Positions 12,263-25,323 of a DNA stretch of 64,000 bases are shown in pieces. The first letter of the stretch is position 1; each line of letters opens with the position of its first letter. The notes beneath the pieces were generated by a model that did no database searches, had not been told where the DNA came from, and saw nothing but the letters and a program-made list of their open reading frames with translations. Where the stretch lies: contig MU061633.1 in assembly GCA_013265495.1 (NCBI GenBank), positions 1,408,302 to 1,472,301 on the forward strand, given 5' to 3'. Origin of the DNA: Vicugna vicugna. Taxonomy: Eukaryota. The translations under genes and the position numbers were made by a program.

Positions 12263-13324
12263 AGCCTTCATTTTTGAAAGGTTTCATGACTATTTGGAGT
12301 AGAGCCCTCGTCGCTTCTGAAGGATGCGGCTCACCAGCAGGGCCTGCAGGGGCGGGGCCTTCCCTCCACTTACCGCTCAGATACTGGGCCCGGCTGAGCC
12401 ACTCGCTGTGTAGAGGCTCCTTTTTGAATTTTGTATTAAAAGCCTCTTTTTAGCTGTATCTTGAGTGTCCAGCCCTCAGTACCAGGACCATCGCTTTAAT
12501 CGGGCCCCCATCATTACTCATCAAGCTTGCTTTCTCGGCCTTCTCCACCAGCCACCCCTCTGAATGCAAGTCGAATTGGTCACTCCTCTGACCAGCTCCC
12601 TGCAGTGGCCCGAGCCCCTGGGACAGGCTGTGACTCCTCAGCCCACGTGCAGCGCCCTCCCTGCTGCTCCCTCCGCGTCACCTACTGCCTTGTCCCTTTC
12701 GCCCCCCAGGTGAACCTACTCCTCCGAGTCCTCACCCAGGGCCGGGGCTGCCTCTGGGGCCTGCAGAAGTCCTCGGTGCTCTCCAGCTCGGGCCCCGGGC
12801 CCATCGTCCTAGGCCCAGGGTCGGGCCCCATGGCTGCTTGGTGGCGCAGACCACCTGCTCTTTATACAGGCTTAGCTGTGGTGGAGGTTTCATAAATATC
12901 TTGTCAAAAGGACAAGGGAATAGGGATTCCTAATAGGCTTCGAGAATTTCTCTTTTCATCTATCATGGAAGTCAAATGACCTGAGAAGATACTAAAATAG
13001 AAGTTAGTCTTTGGAACCTTGGCTCTGTTTTTATCTAATCCTTTCTCTTCTCAGAAGGAGGTGGTCTCGTGGGCTGGGCTCCGGGCTGCCCCTGAGGGCC
13101 ATCGTGTGGCTGTCTTCCCCGGGGACCCAGAGGGAAGGAGCGGGGCTCTGGTCCACTCCAGCCTGGGCTCTGCTCCAGGCTCGGCTGCTTCCTTCCTGGG
13201 GGCAGTTAGGGACGTTGGTTAACCTCCCTGTGCCTCCGTCTCTTCATCTTACTTAGTAAAAGAGACTAAAAAGACTTCATTTCCTCACAGGTAGTACATG
13301 AGATAGTGCATGTGAGGCACCTGG

Positions 13325-13680
13325 AGTGGGTTCATTTATTCAGTATTTTTTGAGTGCTCACTGTAGGCCAGACACATCTTAGAGAACAAAACAGAAAAAG
13401 TTCTGCTCTTCGTGAGAAGAAAGACAAGAAGCAGGAGGTCAGCACAGCAGGTGCGAGGGGGTAGCAAGTCAGGGGAGGGTGGCTGGCAGGATGGTGCTGA
13501 TGGGGAGAGGCCTGGAGAGTGATCAGGGAGGCGCGGGAGGGAGGCCAGTGCCCTTCACCGCCAGCAGGGGGCGCGGCAGATCAGCGGGAGCTAAAGTCGG
13601 AAGGAGCCTGTAAGCAGTATGAGTGGTGCTGGTACCAACAGGGTTTTTATTCTGAGCGTGGTAGGAATCATCATCATTGA
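13325..13680 (-). mobile_element. L2 fragment (approximate ends)
   Basis: ttcatttattcagtattttttgagtgctcactgtaggccagacac..., antisense L2 3' end. Confidence 0.6.
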
Positions 13681-16451
13681 GGACTCAGAACATACACGTT
13701 ACCTTAGTTTTCTTCCTTTTGTTTTTTTCCTTCCCTGGACTTAGTATGAAAGCATTTCCTAAACTGTTCCACAGTGATGTAGCCCGGGGCAGGTCATCCG
13801 GTCTCATGATTTTAGCCTGCTGAGCCGCCAGCAGAGTCTGCCTTCTTTAATCAGTACACGTATACATTAGTACTAAATGCCCAGAAAGGACCGGGAAGTT
13901 CTGGAAAGTTACACAAACCTCAAGTTCCATTTATTGCTGCAGTGATTCTGAGGCTGCCAGCGCCTTGATCCATGGACTGAGTGGCCCACTCCAGCGCCTG
14001 GTGTTCCCAGGCTCGGTGCTGGCCACGCCGGCTGTGCCAGCTGTCAAAAATTGTGTTCTCTGCTGCTCGAGTTCACATTTGGGGGAAGAACGCTGTGTAC
14101 AGGCAAGATGTGTCTGTCGAGTGAAGTGCGTGTTGATGTGGCAAAGGTCAGTCCAGCCGACTTGACAAACTTCCAAGGGAGTCCTTGTCACATGTCATCG
14201 TCATTGAGGTTGTGGGTCAGTCACGGAATGACTTAAACTGTACAAGACCCTTGTCGTCGGAAGTTTTCAGGTAACATACGTTGAAGTAGCCCTTGCTTTG
14301 AAATGAGAGGTGAGCGGTGCTGTTTAATTTTCCTGAATCAGTTAATACTTAACTGAGTGTTTTTTCCCTCTTCTAAAATTTTGTAGCTGTTCCTTGGTTG
14401 TATCTGTTGGCAAGGCTGTTCAGAAACTCGGGGAGTCGGGAAGATTTGGGAAGAAAAAAGAAATCATCTAGTTAACCCTCTGCCACATACAAATGTGAAT
14501 GGTGTCTAAAAAATTCTTAAGATTTTCAAAGAGATTTCTCTACTTAGGTTAAGAAACTGGAGCCCTCTTATTATGTGTAATCAACTGAAGTTTGGGAAGT
14601 TCTTCCTTATGTCTGGCTCAGATCTTCCACAGTTTGAGTGCATTTCTTCTTCATCGGTGCAAATGGAAAACAGCTGCCCCACCTTCCCCAATAACAGCCC
14701 TCATGTACTTGAGGACGGTTATTAAGTCACTCCCTAGCCTCTTTCCTCCAACAAAATGATGCCTTTAAGCAATCTTCAAAGTTCCCATTTTCTACTCCTT
14801 TAATCATCTCTTGATCTTCCCCAGGCTTTTCTGCATCCTCCGTTAAGTGTGCATGCCAAATTGGAATGCAGTGTTCTACAGTCTCCCCGTTAGCTGGCAT
14901 CGCTGCCTTTTCAGTCTGTCAGATGTCTTTGGCCCTTCATATGGGAAATGCAGCAATTTTATCGACACCCAAAAAGATGAGGACTAACAGTTCCTTGTAC
15001 AGTGGACCCAGCTAAAGTTTGGGGCTGCAGCTGCTGGTTTTGGAGTCTGAGGCCTTTAGCAAACTCCAGGTCTAATCTAAGAAAGATTTGCAGGCCCACG
15101 ATCTCCTGCCTCCCTGTTCTGGGTTTGGTAACCAGTCTGCAGGACAGGAATCCTTTCCTGAGCACTATTTCCCTTAGGCAGAACTGTCCTGTGTAGGACC
15201 TTACTTCTGGTTTACCTGTCTAAGTCACACGTACATGCACCGAACATGAAATCCCTGGGGATCTCTCACTTACCCCCCCCCCAGAGAGCTTGCTTGGAAC
15301 AGATAGACTCAGGGCAAGGGGTGTTGCTTTCTGTATCTAATCTCCTTGAAACCACAGAAGAAGATCTCAGAAACTTTCCAGCAGCCATAGCAAGGTAAAT
15401 GGAAATTAAGTGTCCATTATTGAGAACGAGAGAGACGGTGTGTCATTGAAATTATGTTGAGCCTACATTATTTCTGTCGTGCAGGGCTTTGACTGAGTCA
15501 CTGGTGGGACCCCTCCCTACCTCCTTCCCCTCTGTTTTCCCTTAAGACTCATGTTGTTTGAGTGCAAATGCTTCTGGCATGGAGATTTTCAGAATCATGA
15601 CCGTCACTGGGGCCAGGTACACAGGCCTGGCTAAAGAGTTCCATCGCTTACTGCTGCGGACTTCTGTTCAATTAGAGCCCAACCCAGACACTCAGGACTT
15701 CACTCCTTGCTGAGTCCCTGCAGGAAGCTGGCATTTACCGTTAGCCAGCATGTGACCTTGGACAAATGCAGGCAGGAGGGCAAGAAAGAGTTGACCAGAA
15801 CATTACATGGTGAGACTCCTTCTGGGCAAAGCCTATATTAACATGACTATCTAGATACTGCAGGTTCTGTGTGAAATACACGTGTGACCAAGAGATTTGC
15901 TGAAAAGTGATAGGAAATCCTCGTTAGATTTTCCCTCTCTCTGGATTTTGGGGCTCCCTAAGCAATGTCTCACAGGTAGTAACTGTCCTTGTACTTTTGG
16001 GAGAAGCAATGTAAATTTCATTTTGCTACCAAAATTGTGGATCAGGTGTGGAGTGATTGATTACTGGAGTCATCTTGAGTGAATGAAGGAAATACACTCA
16101 GCTGCGTTTCCCAGTAAGATGCGGTAATGAAAGCGCCAACTGTTTGTGCTTGGTTGTGTGAAAGTTCCAGAAAGGCACATTTCTGTGGGTCATACCCCCT
16201 CTTCATTGAAAAATGGATTATCTCGGTTCCATTCTGATTAATCACCAGGATACTTATGAACAATTAAAAGAATAAGTAGTGTACTGTGTGACATTTTTTT
16301 TCCTTCTTTAAGGAGATTCAGAATTTTAATGGGGTGAATAAGACTTTCTCAGATTTATTGCATGAACCCACACACCTGCCCCCCAGGGCACTGGGCCTGC
16401 AGGGGAGAGGAAAGGGCTGCACGTAACTTCTCCCTTTTCTCTCTTGTCCAG

Positions 16452-16539
16452 TCTAACAGGCAGCCAGCTAAGTTGAACCTTCTCACCTGTCAGGTGAAAC
16501 CGAATGCCGAGGACAAGAAGTCTTTTGACCTGATATCAC
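16452..16539 (+). CDS. ASAP1: ASAP1 exon: SNRQPAKLNLLTCQVKPNAEDKKSFDLIS(H), PH domain
   Basis: ttgtccag|TCTAAC...TCAC|gtgagt; 88 nt, phase 0->1. Confidence 0.97.
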
Positions 16540-16765
16540 GTGAGTCCTCTTTCTCGCGAGTCGGTTACTGTGGATTCTGACACCTGCCCGTTTCCATTCT
16601 CTGGGTTGGAAGCCGCAGCTGTCCCAAGCAGGGGTCCTTGCTCTACTGCACATGCAGCTCTAGGAAGACCCCCTGGCCTCTGTACACGGAGCCCACCTGC
16701 GGGTGGGAAGGCAGAAAAGCATCAGATCTGACCCGCAGTCGAATCTAGATTTGTACAGTAGCCTA

Positions 16766-16928
16766 GACCAGTTCTCGACCATGAGACACAGCTTTATCCC
16801 CTCGGGGGGATTTTTCTAAGCACATTCCCGTTTCTCTCCTGCGTCTGCTGATTGACAGTCTTTGCTGTGCGGCCCAGACATAAGGTCCCCAGGTGACTCT
16901 GATGTGCACCTGTGGGTAAGAAACACTC
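16766..16928 (+). mobile_element. MER5-like hAT element
   Basis: ccagttctcga... start and ccccaggtgactctgatgtgcac...aagaaacact end. Confidence 0.5.
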
Positions 16929-17684
16929 ACCCAGACTTGACAGTGCAGGTGTCAAGTGCCACTAGAGCTGTGTAAGTGATCTGCCCAGAGTTCTACCCCT
17001 GCAAAATGGAGCTCTTAAAGGAAAAGTCATCTCCTTGCTTCCAAGCAAAACTGCCTTCAGGCTCCATGAGTCGATGACACCACTCTGTCACTGTCTTACT
17101 CCACCGGTCAGAGTGTGCTCTTCTCCTGTGATGAGGGTGCGTAACGACCACCCAGCCCCCAACTGATAGCCTGAATTCTCAGTCTTCGGAGCGAGGGCGA
17201 GTGGTTCTCCTCTAGGCTGGCTCCCTGTGCCTCCACTGGTCCCATGTGTGCTCACAGTAGCTGAGGGGACCCCCTCTTTGTAAAGGAAGAGGATGTCAGC
17301 GCCAATAAAATGACTCACAGATGTTCTGAAATCCTGCAACACTAACCTTCAGAGTTGTTCCTTCTCTGTAAGGCCCCACGGGGCAGGGCAGCAGCCTGCG
17401 TGCACGGTCTGTATGTAGAACACAGAAATACTTTCCTGCCCCTTGAAATCCTTCTGATGTAGTCCTGTGAGTGGAAAAAACAGCCTCAACCCCAAGGACA
17501 CAGTCAGCTGTGAGACTCCCTGGGTGGAGGCTAAGCTGGATTCTGCAGCATCTCTTGACGTTCAGATTCCTCATGATTTTTTTATGACCAAGAGATTTCT
17601 TGGGTTATTGATGAGAAAAGTAGGAATTATATTATGACTTCAGAAAGCTTAGACCCCCCTCAATTTGAGAATCTGAGGTCCTCA

Positions 17685-17865
17685 ATAATAATTATTGAAC
17701 ATCGATATGTGCCAGGTGCTCTATGTACATTGTGGCTGCTCCTTACAAAAGCCCTGTCAGTTTCCTATTTAACCAGAAAAAAACTGAGACTCAGAGAGGT
17801 TCAGCGACTTACATGAGGTCTCACAGCAGTAAAGCAGGGATTCAGCCGAGGCTCGTGGGCTCTGG
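17685..17865 (-). mobile_element. MIR SINE
   Basis: tatgtgccaggtgct...aaactgagactcagagaggtt..cgactt. Confidence 0.7.
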
Positions 17866-18593
17866 TGCCTATGGCGTGTTCTCGGACGTGCACACCGTCT
17901 CTCTCAGGGAGATGGGGCGGGGTGGGGGGATGCGCCTAGCCTGGAGCGGTCACGCAGTGGGTGACTGGCTAGTAAGTGAATGGTAGTTTGCGTGAATACG
18001 TTGAAGCACTCTAACGTATCCAGATTTTAAGGAAAAACTTCCCTCGTGTACACCTGCCCAAACTTTCCAAGTTAGGCTGTGCCCTCCTTACCTGGGTAGC
18101 AGCTTGACGATGACCCTCCAGCAGTGGTTGAGCCCTCTTCCCTGAAGCCTGATTCAGCCAGAGAGCAGCTGGGGCAGGATGGGCCTGCTTGTCGGGGCTG
18201 CCCTGTGAGTTATGAATCAGTTCTGAAAGTGAATTATTTTAAAAAGTTAAAACTTTTTAGGCAAATTGAAAAGTAAAATACTAAGTTGACAGCACGCACT
18301 CCGATTTGTCAGTGATACCACGTGACCAGTCACATGCACTCGTTTTTCCAAAAGAAGTACTAGGTGTTTCCATGGTGTTTGCAGTTATTTTGTTGTATTC
18401 CTGTTGTACTTCAGGAAAATAACATTGACATAGTGAATTGTGTAACTGCTGAAACAGAACGGTGCAAAAATAAAATAATACTAAAATCCTACTGTTAATG
18501 TGTCCCCCCCTCCAGGAACTTTCAGAATTTGCATTATACCTGAAGGTATTCTGCTTGCTAAGTTTTTGCCTTTTTCTCTTTTTTGTATTTTAG

Positions 18594-18642
18594 ATAATAG
18601 GACATATCACTTTCAGGCAGAAGATGAGCAGGATTATGTAGC
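18594..18642 (+). CDS. ASAP1: ASAP1 exon: (H)NRTYHFQAEDEQDYV(A), PH domain
   Basis: gtattttag|ATAAT...GTAGC|gtaagt; 49 nt, phase 1->2. Confidence 0.96.
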
Positions 18643-21542
18643 GTAAGTAGCTTCGAAATAACGGCACGATGCCTTAAATCAAAAAGCACCTCTCTCCTGT
18701 GCAGTACACGTTAAAGCTTGCTTTCTGTTACTGAGAACCATTCCTGGTGGTTCCACATGCTGGTTTCTCACCTCCGGGCCTTCACATGTGCCCCGTCTCC
18801 ACCTGGGGTGCTCAGGAAACTTGGGTGCCCCCTTCAAGGTTCTGCTCAAGCCTCACCACCGTGAGGGTTGTGCTCCCTCCTCTGGTCCCCGCAGCCCTCG
18901 GGTGGACCCCCTGCTCAGTCCGAGCCCCCTGGAGACCTAGAGCTCGTGAGGACAAGGACCGTACCTTCTTCCTTTTTAATCCCATCAGCTGCACTTGGGG
19001 AGGGTTTGCTCCCTGTTCAGGTGACTCACATGTGGTGGAGTGGAATGGCTGCACTTGGGGCTCTTTCCGGGTGCTCGTGGTGGTGGTGGAGGACTTGGTT
19101 TTGAGTAGGAGGTCCTGACATTCTGCAGGGAAAGACGTTCATTTTCCTCCCAGTTACGCGGAGGGAGTTGCACTGCCTCGCTGAGTTGCTTCCTCATGTG
19201 AAAGTGACCGGTGGATTGAACAAAGGAAACCCTTCTCATCCCACCGGGGAAGGAGGCAGATACAGTGGAAAGAGCGGCTGCATGTTTAAAGTCGGGCGGA
19301 CTTGATCTCTAGTCCAGAATCTGCTCGTTTGTGGCTTTTTGACTTTGGGAAAGATCATCCCACTGCAGCCTTCTTGTCAGTAAGATGGGAACTAGACCCC
19401 CTTGCAGGATTTTGAGACGAGATAAAATGTGTAAAGCTTCCCATCCAGTGCCATTTTTTTAAATTCCCATAAATTCAAAGTGACGTTTAAAGTATTAAAA
19501 CACAGTTGTGCACTATTTTATTTCTTATATTTTTGTATGCCTGTTACTTTAAAATAGTTTTGAAGTTTTTTAAAGAATTGTCAGAAATAGTTGCTTTGAT
19601 TCTTGACCCCTTTGAAATGTAGCCATTTCACCAAATTTGAATTATTCCTCCAGAAGATGGATTGTCCTTTAAATATGTGTTTTCAGATGCTCTTGGCAAA
19701 CTTTATTATTCTTTTATTTGTCATGAGTTCTCCAGTAAAGAGGCAAATGAGGCAGGGAACTCTGAAAAGGGGGTCAGGGAAGTGTTTTCTCATCCCGATC
19801 TGATACCAGTCCCACTGTAGGGCCTTGGGCAAGTCACCTAACCTCTCCAGGCTTCACTTCTTCCTCTGTAAAGCATTATAAATAAACCCTGACTCAGAGG
19901 CTTGTTGGAGGATTATATTTCAAAAATTGTAAGTACTTGGCACATTGTAGATACTGATAACATTAGATCAAAATATCAAAATGCCTAAAGAAGGCAAAAT
20001 AGGGACTCTGGGGTCCAGTGAAAACTTCATCATTGGTGCTGCTGACAAAATGCACAGTGATCTGTCCTGTGGAACCCAGGTTCTTGAACTGTTTCTAACA
20101 GAACAATTTCTAGTTTCTAACTTGAGATTAAATGGCAGAAAAAAATTATTTAACTTAAAAGGTATTAAATGCCCACCTGAACCCACCCTCCATTCCCAGA
20201 CGGTTGATTTTTGAAGCGTTGGTTTTTCTGGCTCACTGTAGAAAAGCTGAGCTGTGTTATTTCTCCCGACATAGTGAAGGTGAGCGCCACCTAGAGTCAG
20301 AGGTGTGACTTGCAGTTCACAACTCCAGGCAGTTTGCTTTGGCTTTTAATTCTCATTGCTGTCTCTGTTACCTATTCCAAGCCTTTGGTAGGTAGTCCTT
20401 TGTTTCCTATGCACACTTCCTTCAAGACACAGTTCTGGACTTCTTTGTTCTCTGTTGAGAGTGGTTATGAGCTGTCTGTGCAGGAGGTGGGAACAAACCA
20501 TGGTTTAGGAATATTTTTTATTTTCTACTTTAAAAATTAACTTGTCTGTTTTTTCCTCTTTCATGAAAGTAATACAAGCTCATTATAGATCTGGAAGATT
20601 ACCAAAAGGCACAGAATTAAGCAGTCTGTCTATTTATTTGTCCTACAGAAGGTCACTCGAGAGACTGGCAGTGTTAGCATTTTGGTGAATTTCTAGCCTT
20701 TCCTTCCCCTAAACAAAATATATAATTTACACATACATTTAAATTTGATATTATTGCATATAACAGGGTTTTTTTTTCCTGTTTATTTCACAAAACATTA
20801 TATTGTGAGCATGTCCCCAGTGTCATTCAGAAATTGGCGGAAAACTTAAATTTCGATACCTGGTTAACTAGTCCACTTTGTGGGGTTTTTTTTCAGGTTT
20901 TGTTCGTCAGCCCCCTGTCGTTGGGTGTTTAGGTGGTTTTATGCATAGATTGGTAGGAAAGGGTTATTATTTTGTTTAGTACCTATTGTGGTCATGCTAT
21001 GTATATAGTACTTTTCACATTGTAAACATCAGCATGTTTCCATGATAAGGTACCTTTTTCATAAACATGAATTTACATGGCTGCTAATGAAATATCCCTT
21101 TGTTTTTCACTTTTAAGTGTCCCCGCTGACTTGGACTTCCAGAAGACAGATGCCTTATGCTAAACTGTCTTTCTGCCTCCTGTTCATTTCTCACCTGCTC
21201 GTTCTCATCCCTGCACGGGTTTGGCCCCACGCTGAGTCCTCTTCATTCTGACACCCCTTCCCTCCGTCCACGCAGAGATGCAGGCGCCCTGTATGTTCCC
21301 ACAGGTCCTGGGTGGTTGGTGTTCGCCTCTCATCCTCTCTCTCTCTCTCACTTTCTCCTACGTGTTATGTTCCACTCTTAAGCGCTCTCTCTCTTTCAGG
21401 TTTAATTTCCTTCATTTTTCCTCATTCTATTGCTATGAGGGAGTCTCTTGTAAGTTCTGGATGAAAATAGATTTGTTTCGCCATGCAAGGGGAGAGCAGT
21501 GGCCAGGCCCCTATGTCTCCTTCCTCCTGTGTTTGACAACAG

Positions 21543-21706
21543 GTGGATATCAGTGTTGACGAACAGCAAAGAAGAGGCCCTCACCATGGCCTTCCGCGGG
21601 GAGCAGAGCACGGGGGAGAACAGCCTGGAAGACCTGACAAAAGCCATCATCGAGGACGTCCAGCGGCTCCCGGGGAACGACGTCTGCTGCGACTGCGGCT
21701 CGTCAG
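21543..21706 (+). CDS. ASAP1: ASAP1 exon: (A)WISVLTNSKEEALTMAFRGEQSTGENSLEDLTKAIIEDVQRLPGNDVCCDCGSS(E), end of PH and start of ArfGAP zinc finger
   Basis: gacaacag|GTGG...TCAG|gtattt; 164 nt, phase 2->1; first CxxC of the ArfGAP motif. Confidence 0.97.
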
Positions 21707-22249
21707 GTATTTGCCGCCAGACCTCCCTTCTCTTCCTGCAGAAAATGAACAAGCGAGTTATTTCAAAGCCTTATCTCCCAGCACGCCTCCCCAGCTTGAG
21801 TGGTCCCACCTCTGAGCTGCTTTTAGCCCTGCTGTTTGCTCTCCCTGGAAAGCTCCCACCTGCTCTCCCTAAAGAGTCACCTGCCAAAATGCTCCCTTTC
21901 CTGTGAGGTCCAGTTAAATAGGCACCATGGGCAGTAAGGAGAGAGCCCTGGACGTGGAGTCCGTTCTCCTGGTTTTGAATCCCCAGCCTGCCCCTCACCG
22001 CCTGGCTGACCTCATGCCAAGTCCCTTTACTATTCTGATCTTCAGTTTCCTTTTCCTAAAAGTGGAGTCCCAAACCTCAGCTGCTGTGAGGACTCAGTGG
22101 AACCATGTATGTGACATTGGCTGGAACCCAGTACACTTCTTCCCTTCCTTTCTCCTCAGTGAATGCTCCCCAACCTCTGTATTGCACTGGTGTCACCTTC
22201 CTCCAGATGTCTGTTCTCACTTGGCATCTGTGGTACTTGGGTAGCTAAC

Positions 22250-22420
22250 ACTCACTCAGTGCTTACAGTGTAATAAGGATTGTGCTAGTTGTTGTGCTGA
22301 TAATATCTTACTGAACCCTCACGGAAGCTCTGAGTAGGATACCTAATACTGCCCCCATTTTACAGATGAGAAAATGGGGGGCTCAGAGAAGTGGAGTGAC
22401 TTGCCTAAGTTCACAGAATC
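22250..22420 (-). mobile_element. MIR SINE
   Basis: cccattttacagatgagaaaat..gctcagagaagtggagtgacttgcctaag. Confidence 0.75.
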
Positions 22421-23062
22421 TACTAGGGCTCAGGACGTCGTGCAGGCCCATTCTTAAGCACTGTGATGTACTTTCCTATTGCTTTACCTGGGCCAACAGA
22501 CTTATTTATGTAGCATGCCACGAGCACCTCAGAGGCAAGTCCCATGTTTTCTGCTTCCGTGTGCATGTGTGATAGTGATCACGGTGTCAGGACGTGGCAG
22601 GGGAGGAGTAAACACTCAGGTATTAACCAGTCAAAAAGAGGCTTGCCACCGAAAAGAAACCCTGAAGATTTTGGTAACATAGAAATATTTGTCCCTGTGT
22701 TCTGGGGCCCTTAGGGGTCCTAGAAAAAGCTGTTTCATTAGCAAGAGGTCCTTGTGGAGAAGCCATAATGAGGATGAGGGGTTGAGGCGAGTTGTAGCTT
22801 GGAGGTGAACGATGGCTGTGGTCCCTGGGAGCTGGACTTAATAAGCCTTCACTCCATCACTCTCGGGAGTGATACTGGCAGTGGGCAGTCACGGCCTAAG
22901 GATGTTCATAGGCCTCCTGGGAAAAGTCTTTCTCACATTTTTGCAAAAGTGAAGCACTTAATTTTTGATATTTAATGATCAACATCAAATGGAATTTTTT
23001 TTTATTTGTCTTATCACACTCTTTGCTGTCTAACAGGTTAGTTTTTATAGCCCATAGGCTAA

Positions 23063-23344
<282 letters not shown>

Positions 23345-24650
23345 TGAATATATTTAATATATTCCTTTGCGGGGAGATTGTTCTGCTGAGTTTAAAGAAT
23401 TCCAATTCCTGAATTTAGTGAATTTGCATAGTATTTAAAATGTAAATTTTGTGGTGCGTAATGCTGTTTCTATTTCCTGATTGAGGAACTGGCAAATCAT
23501 ACGTTTCTATAATTAGCTCTACTAAACCGGCTGTTTTCTTTGGGGATAAGCTTTTTCAAAGCTGCTTTTTTTCCTTTAGGAATGACTTTGTGTGCGGGTC
23601 ACTCACACGGCACTGAAGGGAGTTAGATGCTGAGCTCACATGTTCACTTTACCTAGTGCCTTGTGTTATTTAACACAGGGATGACTAAAGAGTTTTTCTC
23701 TATTTTCACTGGTTGTAAGTTTATAAAAGTACATGTGAATTGGGAGTGGCCTGTTCGCTCCTACCATAAACTAACCATTCCTTAATTTCTTTAGATAGTG
23801 AGAAAAAAAAGTTGTGTGTGAAGTCATGGTGTTTAGCTTTGTGATGTGGAAAAGGAGCCTCATCAGGTCCAAGTTAAACTGATCCCGCAGATCACCAAAT
23901 CAAGGAGGGGAAGGCCCACCTGGTACCTCCCGTAATGCCTGGGGCCATGCGCCCGGTCCTGCGTGATTGGAACCCTGGTGCACTGTCAGAGAGTCTTTAT
24001 ACTGAGGGTGAAAGTGTTTGAAGTAAAACAGGGCTTCTCCTCTGGTGGCTCTTGAGCAGAACCTGAGTGAGCCTGGGGCTCAAAAAATCTGAAAGCTTAT
24101 CACTAGCCTTGTCTGGACAAAAGTACCCCAAAGTCAGGACAGTTAGTCACCCAGCCGGCAGCCTTTGTCATCTGAGCACCCATCAAACAATGTGGTCTGC
24201 CTGGGGGTGTATGAGCCCCTTGATTGAGGAAGTGTCATAGTGATACATGGCTCCCTAATTCACTTCAGGATTGTACAGAAAGGCTCAGACCTCATACCTG
24301 AGATGTTTTTCTTTAGTATGATAATGGTGTCAGTCCATCTCCTTGACTTGTATAAATGAAACGCAGTTTGACAACTAGAAACAGGAAGCGTCGAATCCTA
24401 AACACTTACTGTACCGTAAACCCAAGAAACCTGATCATGTGAATGTTTCTTACACTTTGCATTGATCCCCAAATTATCTGAATGACCAGAAGCCCTTCAA
24501 GACAAATTTTCTTGGAAGGGTCTTGAACCCAGAAGGAAAATGATTCTTGGGGCCTCTTTATTAATTGCCTGCACCATCTTAATTTATACCCCAAATACGA
24601 AGGAATCCTACATTCTTTTTTGTCCAGTATGTGTTAAATTTGCTTTATCT

Positions 24651-24766
24651 GTGGGGAGGGTATAACTCAAGTGATGTAGCACATGCTATCCTCAGTACCT
24701 CCTCTAAAAATAAATAAATAAATAAACCCAATTACCTCCTCCCCTAAAAAAAAAATTTCATTAAAA
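24651..24766 (+). mobile_element. Camelid-type tRNA-derived SINE, internally deleted, with 15-bp target-site duplication
   Basis: ggggagggtataactcaagtg... head, cagtacctcctctaaaaataaat...aattacctcc body and A-tail. aaatttgctttatct is repeated at 24636-24650 and 24767-24781. Family assignment is from recall. Confidence 0.8.
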
Positions 24767-24875
24767 AAATTTGCTTTATCTAAAATGAGTCATGATGGTG
24801 GTTGAAAAGCTATTGCTGTTCATTAAGTATTTAACCTAGATGCATATGTGGAACCTACTCTTTCTAATCTCAATT

Positions 24876-24904
24876 TGTGTGTGTGTGTATGTGTGTGTGT
24901 GTGT
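24876..24904. repeat. Interrupted (TG)n microsatellite
   Basis: tgtgtgtgtgtgtatgtgtgtgtgtgtgt read directly. Confidence 0.9.
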
Positions 24905-25231
24905 AGGACCACATCCTATTCTAGTACAGTGTTTAATCACACTGTCTTTGTGAAAATTACTGGTCTTCTTATCCATGTCCCACTGGTCCATTTACTCCTA
25001 CAAGAGGGATCATGGTTCACCCATCTCTGTGTTTCCAGCAGTCAGAAATTCAGTGCCTGGCATGTAGTATGTGCTCATTACATTCTCTGTTGATTGGATG
25101 GATGGATGGCTTATATTCTGGGTCAAATGAAGGGAAATATGTATTCAGAAATCTCAAAAGCAAATGATAGGAAGCTCTTAAACTACTAGTAAGGAGTTTG
25201 CCATATTGTTTTATTTTTGTTTATGTTGCAG

Positions 25232-25323
25232 CTGGCCAAGAATGTAGGAAACAATAGTTTTAATGATATTATGGAAGCAAATTTACCCAGCCCCTCACCA
25301 AAACCCAGTCCTTCAAGTGACAT
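25232..25323 (+). CDS. ASAP1: ASAP1 exon: LAKNVGNNSFNDIMEANLPSPSPKPSPSSD(M), ArfGAP
   Basis: tgttgcag|CTGGCC...GACAT|gtaagt; 92 nt, phase 0->2. Confidence 0.97.

Noticed and set aside
21930-22420. Oppositely oriented MIR pair that might form an RNA duplex
   Set aside because: Both copies are highly diverged and such pairs are common; no long perfect complementarity seen.
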